A DNA stretch of 64,000 nucleotides from positions 8,928,001 to 8,992,000 of the forward strand of contig OZ024758.1 of assembly GCA_964016885.1 (NCBI GenBank), in the 5' to 3' direction. The notes below the pieces were generated by a model. That model was not told where the DNA came from, did no database searches, and saw only the letters and a list, made by a program, of their open reading frames with translations. The first letter of the stretch is position 1, and every line of letters starts with the position of its first letter. Position numbers and translations under genes: made by a program. Positions 48,121-60,782 of this stretch are shown here, in pieces. Origin of the DNA: Eledone cirrhosa (taxonomy: Eukaryota).

Positions 48121-48477
48121 ATAATTATTTAACATTCCTATAACACTAGATTAAACACAATTTGATGTAATTTTTATTCACCAATATAAATTAATTTTTT
48201 TAAATTCATTATATAGTAATGTCGAGGTGGGAGTTAAGCATACAAACTTCTGCAGTTATTGATCGAACTCACTAAGGCTTCGAATTTTAATTAAGACAAC
48301 TCTGGTCGCCATGTTGCCTAGAAGAGGCAACTCAAAAGCTTGTTTCTCTATTGAAAAAAAAACCCAACAAAACACGAATGAGCTCACATGATAAAGTGAT
48401 AAATTTACATATAGCAATTCTTGACTACACCTGTCCAATTTATATCATTATATGTCATTAAGTCATCATCATCATCA

Positions 48478-48710
48478 CCGTTTTACGTCCGTTCTTCCAC
48501 GCTAGCATGGGTTAGACGGGTTGTCCTGTTGTGGGCAGTGTATGGTCGGCTGACCATGCCTTGCTCATACAGGAACTGATTTGGCTTGATTTCTACAGCT
48601 GGATGCCCTTCCTAACACCAACCTCATTTACAGTGAGTGCTGGGTGCTTTTTCGTGGCGCCTACACATCCACTTTACAGTGTGGGCTGGGCACCTCCATG
48701 ACCACCTTGC
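48478..48710 (-). mobile_element. SINE 3' part with (CAT)n
   Basis: Closely similar to 19420-19630. Confidence 0.85.
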
Positions 48711-49117
48711 GGTGGGGGGGCGTGTGGGAGCATATTGTCTATATGTATTTATTAAAAACTGGTTTAACCAGACAAGATGTGTGAAAAAATCACACACATG
48801 CTACTTGCAAGGCCATATTTATTTACATCCTTGTTTATCCCAGCGTCACGATCGAACAGATTTAAAATCAAAAGTATTCTAGTAGTGACCAATCCATCTT
48901 TTTAAAAGTTTCTCTGACTATATTACATAATGTCTTTTTCTTTTTTAAAGATTGTTGGCGTGGTTTGGGGCAGATTGAAGTCAACAATGTCTTTTTTCTG
49001 GAAATCAATAATTCAATATCTATATCAATCTAATTAATTCTTACTTGAAGCAATTTCCTTTCTTTTACATAATTAGGGCTCTTCTTTCTACATCAATTGT
49101 GAATAATAATGGTAATA

Positions 49118-49308
49118 ATTGTTTCTACTTTTGGAACAAGGCCAGCAATTACCCAGTGCATTACTGGTACTTTATTTTATCGACCCCCGTAAGGATGAAA
49201 GGCAAAGTTAACCTCGGTGGGATTTGAACTCAGACCATAAAGGGCCGTAACTCTTTGCTGCAAAGCAATGCGTTCGACCCTTTACCGATACTGCCAATCC
49301 ACCGCCCT
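49118..49308 (-). mobile_element. SINE family A
   Basis: Well-conserved reverse copy. Confidence 0.88.
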
Positions 49309-50909
49309 TATAATAATAATGATATTTTCACAGTTGTGTTTATGAGTATATGGTGGGGTGTAGTAATAAAGATTTTCTTTAACAGCCAGTTTTTATGTGA
49401 ACAATGTAAATAATTTTATTGTAAAACCTTTCTTAAGTGCTATAGCAATTGCTTTTTAAATTTCTTTCATGCCTGTTGCTATTATTTCCTAAGTTGTGAA
49501 GTCATGACAGAAAAACAAACTTGATACATAGACGAAAGATTGAACTCTTCCTACCAAGGTTAGCTTTGCCTTTCATCCTTATAGGGTTGATAAAATATAG
49601 CATCAGTAATACACTGGGGTCGATTTAATCAACTTTCACCTCCTACCAAAATTGTCCTTGTGCTTAAATCAGAAACAATTATGTGTTTCATAAAAAAAGC
49701 TTGCTATGCCAGTTGTGGAAATAACTTCCTTAATCTTAATTGAAAACCTTCTACGACTATAATTTTCCTGAATGAAAATGTTTCCCTTAAGACACTTCTA
49801 TTATATTCACTCTCTGCATGTTGATCATATATACAAATTTGTTGTTGCTTAGACCCATGTCAGCTTAGAACTACCAAATGTATGGTCAAATGTGTTCTAG
49901 CCATGAGCATCCTATCTCCTCCTTTTTTCAGGCATTGCATATCTAGGTCTACATTATCTAATACAACCCTTCTTTTCAAGATGGTAGAGGTGATTTAGCT
50001 GTTATTTCTAGCAGGTTGAGTGATCACATGAAGGCTCCCTTGTTGGTTCATCTATCCAATTTATTTTTTATGAGAAAGGAAGTGAGAGCATGTTTTCCAT
50101 TACTTGTATGGCTATACACATTCCATTACATGTAATATTTGAATATCTTCAGCTAGATAGCCCTTAAAACACCAACCATCCCATACTGTGTATAGATGAG
50201 TTTGTATAAAATTGATTCAAAGAAATAATTAACATTGTATAAAGGATATGATATAAAATATTCAGTAGAGCTTCAATTTATCCTATTGATAATAATGGTG
50301 TCCATGTAAATGTACATTCCTTATTTTTTAATGCAATTTTCATAAATGTTTTCCCTGAGACAATCTGTTCGCCTTTCAAATGACCAATTACATCAGGATT
50401 ATATACCAGTGTATGCTTAGCACTATTATATATGTATCAGTAGAATCCAATATGTTTCTTGATCACACAGGAGAGAGTTAAACTTGGCAATACAAGTTGA
50501 TTTTGTATTCCACCTTGCAGTAGCTACTTATAATCAATTAGATTGTTTTTCGTTTCTTTTTTAAGTTATAAGGCTTGGCCATCAATACAATAAAGTACTG
50601 GTTACAGGATTCAAATCCCTGACTTTTCAGCTTTTCATCTGATAGCCTATCAACTTTGAAGGCATATGACTGAGTAGTTAGAGAATTGGGTTTACAGTTG
50701 TGAGGTCCTGAGTTTGATTCCCCAGACAATGCGATGCATTATGTCATTGAGCAAGACACTTTATTTCATGTTGCTCTTTCTGCCAGGAGTTGTAACTGGT
50801 AGATAGTATCAGCAATGGAAAGATTAATGGAAACCTTATTTCCTTGGTCCAATTTGATGAGTCCTACCTCATCAATCGTTTTTAAGTTCTGTTTGAATAA
50901 CTCTTTGCT

Positions 50910-50956
<47 letters not shown>

Positions 50957-51621
50957 ATGTATATCAACTTGATCAACTGTTGGTGATGTTTAGATTCAAA
51001 ATATCCCAAATAATTTGACATTAGGATTACCTATATTGAGATTAGCTCTATAATTAAAGACATTTTTTTTGTTCTCCAGATATAAGATCTTTATTGATTC
51101 ATTTAATACTCTATGAGTCATTAATTATATCTCTGTCTATCATCTGATTGGTTTAGGTCATGTCTTCAGTTATTGTACTATTTACTTGTATTATTTTATT
51201 TTCAATGTGTTTCAAAATATTTTTTTTTTACTAGCTATTCACTCTAAGTTCTTAAGTTCACCAAGAATCAACTACAATTAGGAATTGAAGAAAGAGTCAA
51301 TCTCCATTAATATAAGGAAACTTTAGCTTAAGAGAAGTAACTAACTTGGACTCATAACTTCTTTGCCCACTTATTCCTGAGAGGAATATATATTAAAAGG
51401 GGCAAATGAACTCCTCAGAGTCAACGTCCATTCACCCTAACTATGGGTTAAATACCCTCACCAACCTGCAATTGACCAAACGTGATAAATATGGCTACGT
51501 TCCTGAAGACATGACCTAAACCAAACAGAAAGTGGAGGTCAACCAGGGAGCGGTTCCTCCAACGGGAACAGGGGTGAGAAGGCCCTGGATTGGATTATAT
51601 ATATATATATTAATTAATTAA

Positions 51622-52152
51622 TTGCAGGAGCTGGTACAGTAATGTGCCATCGTTAGCATTCAATAATGAGAAGGGAGGTAGACATAAAAGCCAAACTCGT
51701 TATCTTCAATTTGGTATTTGTGCCAACACTTACCTGTGGTCATGAATCTTGGGTAATGACTGAAAGAATACAAGCAGCTGTAATGGGGTTCTTCCGTAGG
51801 GTTTTTGGAGTATCGTTATTCGATAGAGTGTGTAACTCAGAGATCAGAGTTACTCCAGGGCAGAGCCGCAACTTCTTTGAATTGAGAGCTCTCAGCTCTG
51901 ATACTGCAGGCATGTGGTTAGAATGTCTCAGGAAAGAATCACTGGACAGATTTTATGGGCAAAACGAACAGATAGGACACCCAGGGATAGACCTCGAGCA
52001 AGTTGGTTGGATAACGTTCAAGAGCTTGGCTGGTCTCGCTTGGGGTTCCGGCTAGATCAGTTGGAGCCGGTTGCTTCTGACAGGACCCGCTGGAAAGAGT
52101 TTTTGAGGACTCTACCCCATCCGCTCAGGAATAAGTAGGCGAAGAAGAGAAG
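51622..52152 (+). mobile_element. RTE-clade LINE 3' fragment (same family as 31610)
   Basis: [45 protein letters not shown]; ends in ggaataagtaggcgaagaaga. Confidence 0.9.
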
Positions 52153-53937
52153 AATTAATTAATTAATTACGTCTTGTTTTGTTTTTTTCCAACAAATATT
52201 CATATAAAACATGCTAAGTAAAACTATTTTGTCATTTATGGAAAGGCTTGATTTTCATTAACTCTGGTCAAGAACGAGAACAACATTCCTCTCACACGCT
52301 GAATTGACCTGAATTTTCCACGTCTTCCTAATCATTAAAAAAAAAATTAAGCAAGATAAGCTACCAGACACTAAAACCTGACAGTGGTACGAAGTGGAGA
52401 GAACAATTTCAATATGGCCGAAAACTGTCAGCGTGGAAAGTAGGTTAATAAATATAGATTAAAACTCCGTATGCTATACAGCATTTGGCTGACCTCGCCA
52501 ACCAGACAGTCGTGAAAGGAAAAGAATGTTGGCATAGCAACTGTGAACATGAGCCAGTGCATGGAAGTAAAAATAGTAACGGCTAATTTGTAACACACGC
52601 ACACCCACAGAATAGTTTCAACACGATAGGTTTATGAACAGCTTAGCTTAGTCTTTATGGAGCTGACATGTTTGTGATGTTTTGACAAACACACGCAATT
52701 GCCTTCCTTTCATCAATCTGGAAAATGAAAGATATTTTTTTCTTTTCTTTTTTTTACTCCGGGTTTTGGTAAATATCATAATGTGATACTGATTTGCTTT
52801 GATCATTCAGCCATCATGGCATTTAACTCAGTCTACATCATATTACTATACTATACTACTCCTCTGTACGTGCCAACAAGAGGGCTTTTCCATGGTCGAT
52901 CGTCCTATTAGAAATACCAGTTAAATCTCCCTTAAATCTTACTCTATCTTAGTAAAAGAGGAAATACACTGAAGTTTTAGATACACTTTGAGAAAAAAGA
53001 TGGGGTGGGGTGGCCACGACTGTAATGCCTTTGATCGTAAATATGCTTCAATCGCAGTTGACCTTTTTTAAAATTCCTATTACACATTTCCGATCTATAT
53101 ATATATTAGAGTATGTGTTCATAATACCATTAGCACTCAATGGGTGTAAGTAGATTTTAAGCTTGACAAATGTTTAGATTAAATATCTCTTTTCTGATTT
53201 TGAGCTGATAATCGTTGTGTGTGTGTAGTGATTGATAGATACATGTTTGGTGGCGTGTGAGTGTACGAATGTTCATAAATATGCATCTGTTTATGATAAT
53301 TAAGTGGAAGTAAGGTGAAAATTTGTAATATTTATTTTAGCTTCGAATAAAATATAACATTGTACTTCCAATATTCAATACTATTCTTTTCCTCCTTATT
53401 CACACACAGATGTTTACATATATGTGTGTACGTGTGTATGTATGTATATTTCATAAACCACATGTAATTAATATCATGTCAGTTGTTACACTCCCACGAT
53501 TCTGTTTGAATTTTTATTTTCATTTTCCTCTTCTCTAGCTAATCTCTGCATCTCTTCCCATTACTTTTTTTTTTTTTTTCATCTTTATTTTTCCTTCCTC
53601 CCTTCTCTCGTTTTGTATCTAATTCACATATTGCATCACCCTATTTCTGGCAAAATGCCAAATGTATTACTGAAGCATACCATTTCAACTCGCATTATCA
53701 CAAAAATGCACTGGGTAATTGCTGGCCTTGTGCCTAAAGTAGAATCAATTATCACAAAGTAAATATAATTATTTAGAATCGTTAGTGACCTGATTTGAAG
53801 TCTGGTTTCTCTTATTTTATTTTGTGTTGTCAGCCCATTCCTTTTTTCCATAACAGTAACTAAATCTGAGGAAACTTGGCCTATTTATTACTGATAACAT
53901 CGTTTTAAAAGAACAGGAATCTTGTTTATACAATACA

Positions 53938-54252
53938 TCGGCGAATTGGCAGAGTCGTTAGAATGTCGGATAGAATGCCTTGCGGTATTCGTTTCAGCTC
54001 TCTGCTCTCTCAGTTCAAATCCCCGCTTTCATCCATTCGAGGTCGATAAAAAAAAGGTACCAGTTTAGTACTGGGTCGATTCGTCATCCATATCTCTTTC
54101 TCACTTCCATTCTCCCACTTTCTATTCTTCTATGGACGAAATCTGCTGTATTCAGACCTGGAGAGGGTTGGGCTCCACCAGGTTTTAAAATGCCATAGAA
54201 ACACCGTATGTCAATATGGCGCCCCTACGACTCATTCATGAGTTATGGGACA
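53938..54252 (+). mobile_element. SINE family A, long-tail subfamily
   Basis: Shared head, core and tail; CpGs retained. Confidence 0.88.
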
Positions 54253-54888
54253 ATGCGTGCATGCATTTATACGATATATAGCTATTCAGGTTTAATCCTG
54301 ATCAGACATATGACTAAAAAGTATTCTTGCAATGATAATCCTGTCTTGGGGGGGGGGGGGGGGGGTATTTGTTTGTTTTTTAAATAGTTTATTAAGGTCT
54401 ATATTATTCAATGTGTCTTAACAGTTGGGTATGAACTAAAGAATGTTTAACGGTTATTACTAGCACAGCAAACGACACAGTCGAAGCTTCCTCGTTGTCT
54501 CGCCATCTGTTTGCTTTTTCTATGGTGTTTTTGTTCGCTCATAACATTTATTTTTTGTTTCTGTTAGATTGCAGCTGTACGGATGGATTGATATTCTCTT
54601 AACCAGGTGAATTAACAATCTTAATCGATTAGGAAGAATAAATTAACAATCTTAATCGATTAGGAAGAATAAAGAGTGATAAATCAAAGCGAGAGGAGGA
54701 AACATTAAAATAAAAGCGATTAGATAAGAAAAAGTGATGAACAGGAATGTCTGTTTTCTAAAATTATAATGAACCGTCTATTCCGTGATAATCTTGATTG
54801 TTTTTCATTTTACAGTAGTGGAAGTATTTATTGATTTCTAGTTATGCTACCTATTCCATTCTCTAATTCTGTTTCTATCTTTCATTCA

Positions 54889-54895
<7 letters not shown>

Positions 54896-54978
<83 letters not shown>
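54896..54978. repeat. (CT)n(TA)n compound microsatellite
   Basis: Directly visible. Confidence 0.97.
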
Positions 54979-55262
54979 GAAAGGTGGGTGATAGTGGCGA
55001 GAATGGCTCGTGTAAATGGGCCTTCTCTGTATACCATCCTGTAGGTAAATAAGTGAAGGAGAGGGGAGCACCTTCTCCATGTGCTCCCCGGGTAAAGGAT
55101 TGCACACTTTTTCGGGGGTGTGTGCAACCCCCATCACGTCCCCTCTCTTTTGAGGTTATTTTCAATTATTTTCATTTTATACCCTTTTTACTCGATTGTA
55201 TGTAAACTCCCCCTTTGTATTTGTCCCTTTTTTTTATGCCTTTATGGTAAATAAAGAAATAT
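54979..55262 (+). mobile_element. Tx1/L1-type LINE 3' end inserted in (TA)n
   Basis: ORF2 terminus ERWVIVARMARVNGPSLYTIL*, structured 3'UTR, AATAAA at 55250, then (TA)n. Confidence 0.75.
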
Positions 55263-56548
55263 ATCTATATATATATAAACGGAAAAAATGAAACGAAATT
55301 TCATTTCCCACTCTTAGTACGGCTGTTACTTAAATATAAGTATGTACACGTACATACATATATGTATACAGACGTACAGTAGTATGTATATATATATATA
55401 TCAATGATATTATATACTTTGTCGCTACCTCTCATTTATCACATACGAGTGTCGGCTGAAAAGTTCATACGCTGACCAAATGAGGTTTATTTTTCAACAT
55501 ATTCCCTGGAAAGAAACAATGCTGTTATTAATAATAAGAGTTGAAATTAATGCATGAAAGATTTCATAACCCTAGCATCACTCTTTCATAAAATCTCTTT
55601 CCAGCTCTCTGTATCTACCATCCCACGTTCCCCGATTTCTCTGCTAAAATTCCACTCAGTCTAATATGTTGCTTCTGTCATTCCTTCCTCTCTTCCATTT
55701 ATTAATTTCACTTGTTCCTCCTTCCCACTGTTTGTATAACAACCCAATACTCCCTCCTTTTTAATTTTTTATTCTTTCTATTTGTTCTCTGCATATATCA
55801 CAACTCTGTGTTTATTACTTTACGTCTCTAATTTATATTATAATAACTGTACAGCTATTTTTGTCCGTCGATCACGCACGAACGTTTTAAAAATTTATTT
55901 AGAATTTATACGATACAATTAAAAAGTTTATAGCCATTTCTCCTATACTGTCAGATCTACCCTTCATTAACCCCCCCCCCTCTGTTCGTGGCTTTGTTTT
56001 GTATTTGTCACCCCTTTTTCCATTAAAAGGTAAGACATGCTTTCTCTCTCTTCACACGCGCATTATATAAATGTGTGTGTGTGTGATTGCTCGCATCACA
56101 TCAAGATGGTAATACGTCTCTACATACCAGCATAACTACACATCATAATTTGTATGAGCATCTGATGATGTCACATGGAGATTGTCAATGATATAACCAT
56201 TGCATAACCATGTCATTGAAATATATATAATGTAATAAAACAATTATGTAAAAGTAACTGTTTTAATATCTCGTAAATGGAAGCTCCACCTCAATCAATC
56301 ACCACCATTTCACTGGGGATACACTACTGACGTGGAGTGCTTTCAAACTGCTTAAACCGGTTTATCCTCGCGATAAGCGTACCTTTCACGGATAAGCACT
56401 CTAATTGTCTGCATCATATATATATATATATTATATACCGTATATATATTATATACCGTATATATATTATATACCAGTTACCATTTTCGAAAGGGGGAAA
56501 TCATCATGTTTTGCAAGATTTCTTATCTGAAAACGTGTGTTGAAACAG

Positions 56549-56858
56549 ATATTGTTATACTTTGGGAGGGTCATGTTGCCAATAAAAACACACGCACCTG
56601 TTGGTTTTCACTTCAATTTATTATGAATTTCCGGTTGGTTGGTTCAATAACCGGATGGTTGTTTATGTATTGTCAAAGCTCTTTCGTCACACATTCTGTG
56701 ACTTCCTCAGTGGCTGATTCCTTATTTTGTGTCTCTCCTTTCTTCTGTCCTACACTATCTCGTTTTTTTTTTGTGTGATAACCCACAAAAACAATAAATT
56801 GAAGTGAAAACAAACAGATGCGTGTGTTTTTGTTGCCAGCATGACCCTCTTAAAATAT

Positions 56859-56866
<8 letters not shown>
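56549..56866. repeat. Imperfect 74-bp inverted repeat with about 170-nt spacer
   Basis: 56549-56622 versus 56793-56866. Confidence 0.9.
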
Positions 56867-56895
<29 letters not shown>

Positions 56896-57012
56896 AAAAA
56901 TATGAGGAGAAGAATACTGCTGGTTGTACATGGATAACATGTTATAAAATGAGTCCCTCATCAGTGATTTGCCAACGGTCATTGGTATTTCATTGCATTA
57001 AAAATCATATAC

Positions 57013-57187
57013 CTCACGTTGGTGCAATAATAACTAAAATAAGTTATTAGGACAATTAAAACGCGTAAAGCGAGTGAGACAAGTAAACAACGGTTAGCTT
57101 TCCCCTGTGTTGTTTACTTGTCTCACTCGCTTTACGCGTTTTAATTGTCCTAATAACTTATTTTAGTTATTATTGCACCAACGTGAG
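57013..57187. repeat. Perfect 79-bp inverted repeat with 17-nt spacer
   Basis: 57013-57091 is the exact reverse complement of 57109-57187. Confidence 0.95.
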
Positions 57188-57374
57188 ATATATATATATA
57201 TAATCATCCCCTCAACACAAAAGCACAGACTGGTTAACCATAGAATGTACTGCCGATGACCAGCTTATGAACTTTTCAGCTCACCCTCGTATACCTACAA
57301 ACAGCTTTATTAAAGTTTGGTGAAGAAACGTAAAATATTTGGTTGCGTATATAGCATATACCATAATGTGATCC

Positions 57375-57692
57375 AAACGGTCGAAATGAGGTTTCTGTGA
57401 AGGGTCTTTGGAGTAACGTAACTCGAGAATCACACCAGGTAGAGCACGCCACTTCTCTGAATTGAGAGATCACAGCTTCGATATTACGGACATGTGGTTA
57501 GAATGTCTAAAGAAAAAATCTCTGGACAAAACCAACCAGCAGAAGACACAGGGGCAGACGCTAAGCAAGATGTTTGGATAACGTCCATGAGTCGGCTGGT
57601 CTCTTGGGGATCTGAAAAGATCTGCTGGAAGGCGTGCTTGTGGGCTCTGCTCCCCCGACCCTCATAGGAATAAGTGGGCGAAGAAAAAGAAG
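57375..57692 (+). mobile_element. RTE-clade LINE 3' fragment with internal deletions
   Basis: [18 protein letters not shown] and the same 3' tail. Confidence 0.85.
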
Positions 57693-57769
57693 AGCCGTCT
57701 CTGTCTTCCAGTCCCTTTTCCAACACCACTTCTACGACATACGTGTTGATATTATGATATCCATCTAAC

Positions 57770-57958
57770 TGGCGATGGATTGGCAGTATCGGTAGAGGGC
57801 CGGACGCCATGCTTTGATGCATAGAGTTACGGCCCTTGCCATTCTGAGTTCAAATCCCACCGAGGTTAACTTTGCCTTTCATCCTTACGGGGTCGATAAA
57901 ATAAAGTACAGTAATACACTAGGTAATTGCTGGCCTTGTGCCAAAAGATGAAACAATT
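57770..57958 (+). mobile_element. SINE family A with flanking duplication (attatgatatccatctaact)
   Basis: Well-conserved copy; a 20-bp sequence is repeated on both sides. Confidence 0.88.
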
Positions 57959-58847
57959 ATGATATCCATCTAACTAGCTAGATACCTGTTTGTTTGTCTT
58001 TATTTAGCCATCAACAATTACGAAAGGTAAAAAATATTTCCACTCAATTCTTAAGAATTAAAGAATTTCAAATTAAAGTATTAATGATAGTTTTAAAATG
58101 ATTTACACACTCGGCTTTTTAACGATTTGGTGAAGACATGTGTGATGAAACTAAATATCTCTTATTTCGTTCGTAAAACAACGGATTATCTATCTACTAG
58201 TATTTGATAGTTTTTGCTAATCTTCCCCCTTTTTCTCTTCCTATTTTGTCTTTTCTTCCTCTTTCTCGCCCTATCTCTACACCTAGGTTGTCACGTTCAA
58301 CAGTTCTACCCACTCTGCTTATCTTCACTTCTTTATCTTTCTTGACCTACTTTTCATTTCTTATGGAATAAACTGTGTTTCTCACTTTGTCTTTCCTTCT
58401 TGAATATTTCCGCATTTTGCCCCCCACCCTTACCAAATCTTCCACATATCTATGTCATTTCCTCTTCTCCTTATCACATCTCTCTCTCTCTCTCTCTCTC
58501 TTCTTCCTGACATTCACGTTACAATCCAGCTAGCTGAACATTATACACGATTCTTTTATTACATTGATGTAAATAAAGCCATACAAACCCACGTCGTTCT
58601 CCCCCCCCCCCTCTCTCTGCTTCTCTCTCTCTTAAATCAATACCTAACACCAGCGTCAACAGACTATCCTATATATCAGGAGTGTGCAACATATTCCATT
58701 GGCGGACCACTTTAGAACATTGATCTCAGAATGGCAACGGCTTGATCCATAATCTGTCAGTTTCCATGAAACCTTTTTTTTTTTTCTTTTAGTAAATTTT
58801 GAACACTCTGTGGCTGAATGATGACATGCAATATATGTTCATTGTAC

Positions 58848-59070
58848 CTGGCCTCTCTCAGTTGGAAGACTTACCTGTGTGGTAAAGAGCCACACCTTAC
58901 ACATGGCCTCTCTCAGTTGGAAGACTTACCTGTGTGGTAAAGAGCCACATCTTACACCTGGCCTCTCTCAGTTGGAAGACTTACCTGTGTGGTAAAGAGC
59001 CACACCTTACACCTGGCCTCTCTCAGTTGGAAGACTTACCTGTGTGGTAAAGAGCCACATCTTACACCTG
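58848..59070 (+). repeat. 55-bp tandem repeat x4 at the head of a dispersed repeat
   Basis: Units at 58848, 58903, 58958 and 59013. Confidence 0.95.
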
Positions 59071-60169
59071 GTGCCTATCATAAGATAGTCTAGCAGAACA
59101 GGTTCGATCTAGAGAAGTAAGCCTTGATAAAAATCCTGCTTATCTCACAGTAAGCAGTAACTCATGTGATGATCAGCAGTTTAATTAGATGACCTCAGCA
59201 TCGTGAACAGCAATGGCTTCACAGATGAACTATTAATTTAACAATGGTTTGACACAATTGCTCCAGTTAACAGAGAAATCTATGATTATGAAGGTGTGGT
59301 GAGCCACATATATTCTAGTTATTAGAAAAAGCAAAATGAATGCTTCACCTTCGATGGAGGGATGACTCAAGAAGAAGTAGCTGAAAAGACTGTTTTGATT
59401 TGCAGGCTCTTTGCCAGTGAGCCATGTCAACATTCTTGGCTACCCTAATAGAACATTCCATAGAACATTACAAGTACAAATTCATTCACACCGTACAACA
59501 ATAAAAACACACAAATCACAGATATTGTATACTAAAAGAAGCAAATGCACCCTAGTAAACTCGAAGTCTAGCAAGACTTAACCATTAAATAATTTAAATT
59601 TCACCAGTAATCCAGGATACTGCAAAGCTCACATACAGCACATAATTACTAACATAATTTCATTCTACTGATGAGACTGAGAAGGTTTTAAAGCGTCCAT
59701 GGACTAATGGATTTAGGGACACTATTGCTTCGAACTAAATATAACTAATGAGAAAATAGGAATAATCCTAAGAAAACAATTCCTGTCTTTAATATAGCAT
59801 GTTTAATAGGAAAGCTGTTCACTATTTACTTGCTCCGTTCCTGAGAGAGATTTAAATGAATTCAGAATTAGTTGGATTAAAATGTACTATATTTGATTCA
59901 CTGTTTTCAGTTCGTATTTTATTATATCATAGTCCATATAATAATATCAGATATTAATGAGACTAGGTAAATTTAGAATATATACCTTTAAAATATATAC
60001 CTAAAATTAGTCTGCGTAGAAATTCCATTTTACACTATATAATGATTTCTTTATTAACCACAGAAGGTTTAGATAATGAAACACATTATAACAGTACAGG
60101 ACAACAACATAGAGAGAGTGTGTGTGTGTTTGGGGGGGGGGGGGGTATAAACAAATTTTAACAATGTTA

Positions 60170-60782
60170 AAAAAAAAGGTAACGATAAAATTAAAACATA
60201 GGTTCCTCAATAGGGAGGAGACGTTCGAGGGTCATTCGGTGGAGAAAAAAACCCATAAAACCACGGATGCTCTAATCTTTAGAACAAGCGCCCTGTCCCA
60301 GTTGTACTCCTCCAATGTAGAGGCTTACACTCAGAGCGGGCCCATTCACTCGGGCTATACTCGCTTCTCTCACCCACATTTTAACGCTTTGAAGGCAGCC
60401 CTTCTCTCTTGAGGAAAGTGCTCGTCTTCAAACCTTTCAAGCGTGTCCACAATACAACATCTTTTGCCATGGTCACAAGACATATAAAAACGGCCTGCCC
60501 TTCTTGACTAAAAGAAGGCGGCGAGACAATCTTCACAGTGGACTCGGTTTAATAATCGAACTTGTCCTACACACGGCAGCAGGTGTTCGACATAAACCTA
60601 CAAGTTAGCAATGCTCGGACACTGGAAAATTGCGTGCAGGACGGTTTCGTTTCCCTGCGCGCATCTCGAACAGGCCCGGCTGACGGCACTTCCATGTCTG
60701 TAGAGTTTATCTCGAACTGGCAAAGCTCCTCGGTAGCACTGCCATGGAAATTATCCATGGGTCTTTCCGAAAAGAGTTACAC
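60170..60782 (-). mobile_element. Tx1/L1-type LINE ORF2 C-terminal fragment (zf-RVT-like)
   Basis: WQCYRGALPVRDKLYRHGSAVSRACSRCAQGNETVLHAIFQCP (CxxC...ETxxH...C); ends KMWVREASIARVNGPAL like the 54979 copy; stops and deletions present. Confidence 0.85.

Noticed and set aside
56162-56200. CTGATGA as a further hammerhead core
   Set aside because: No GAAA or cleavage triplet in the right position
58848-59070. CRISPR-like periodicity (also 9274-9500)
   Set aside because: Units are contiguous and nearly identical with no unique spacers; eukaryotic context and no cas genes
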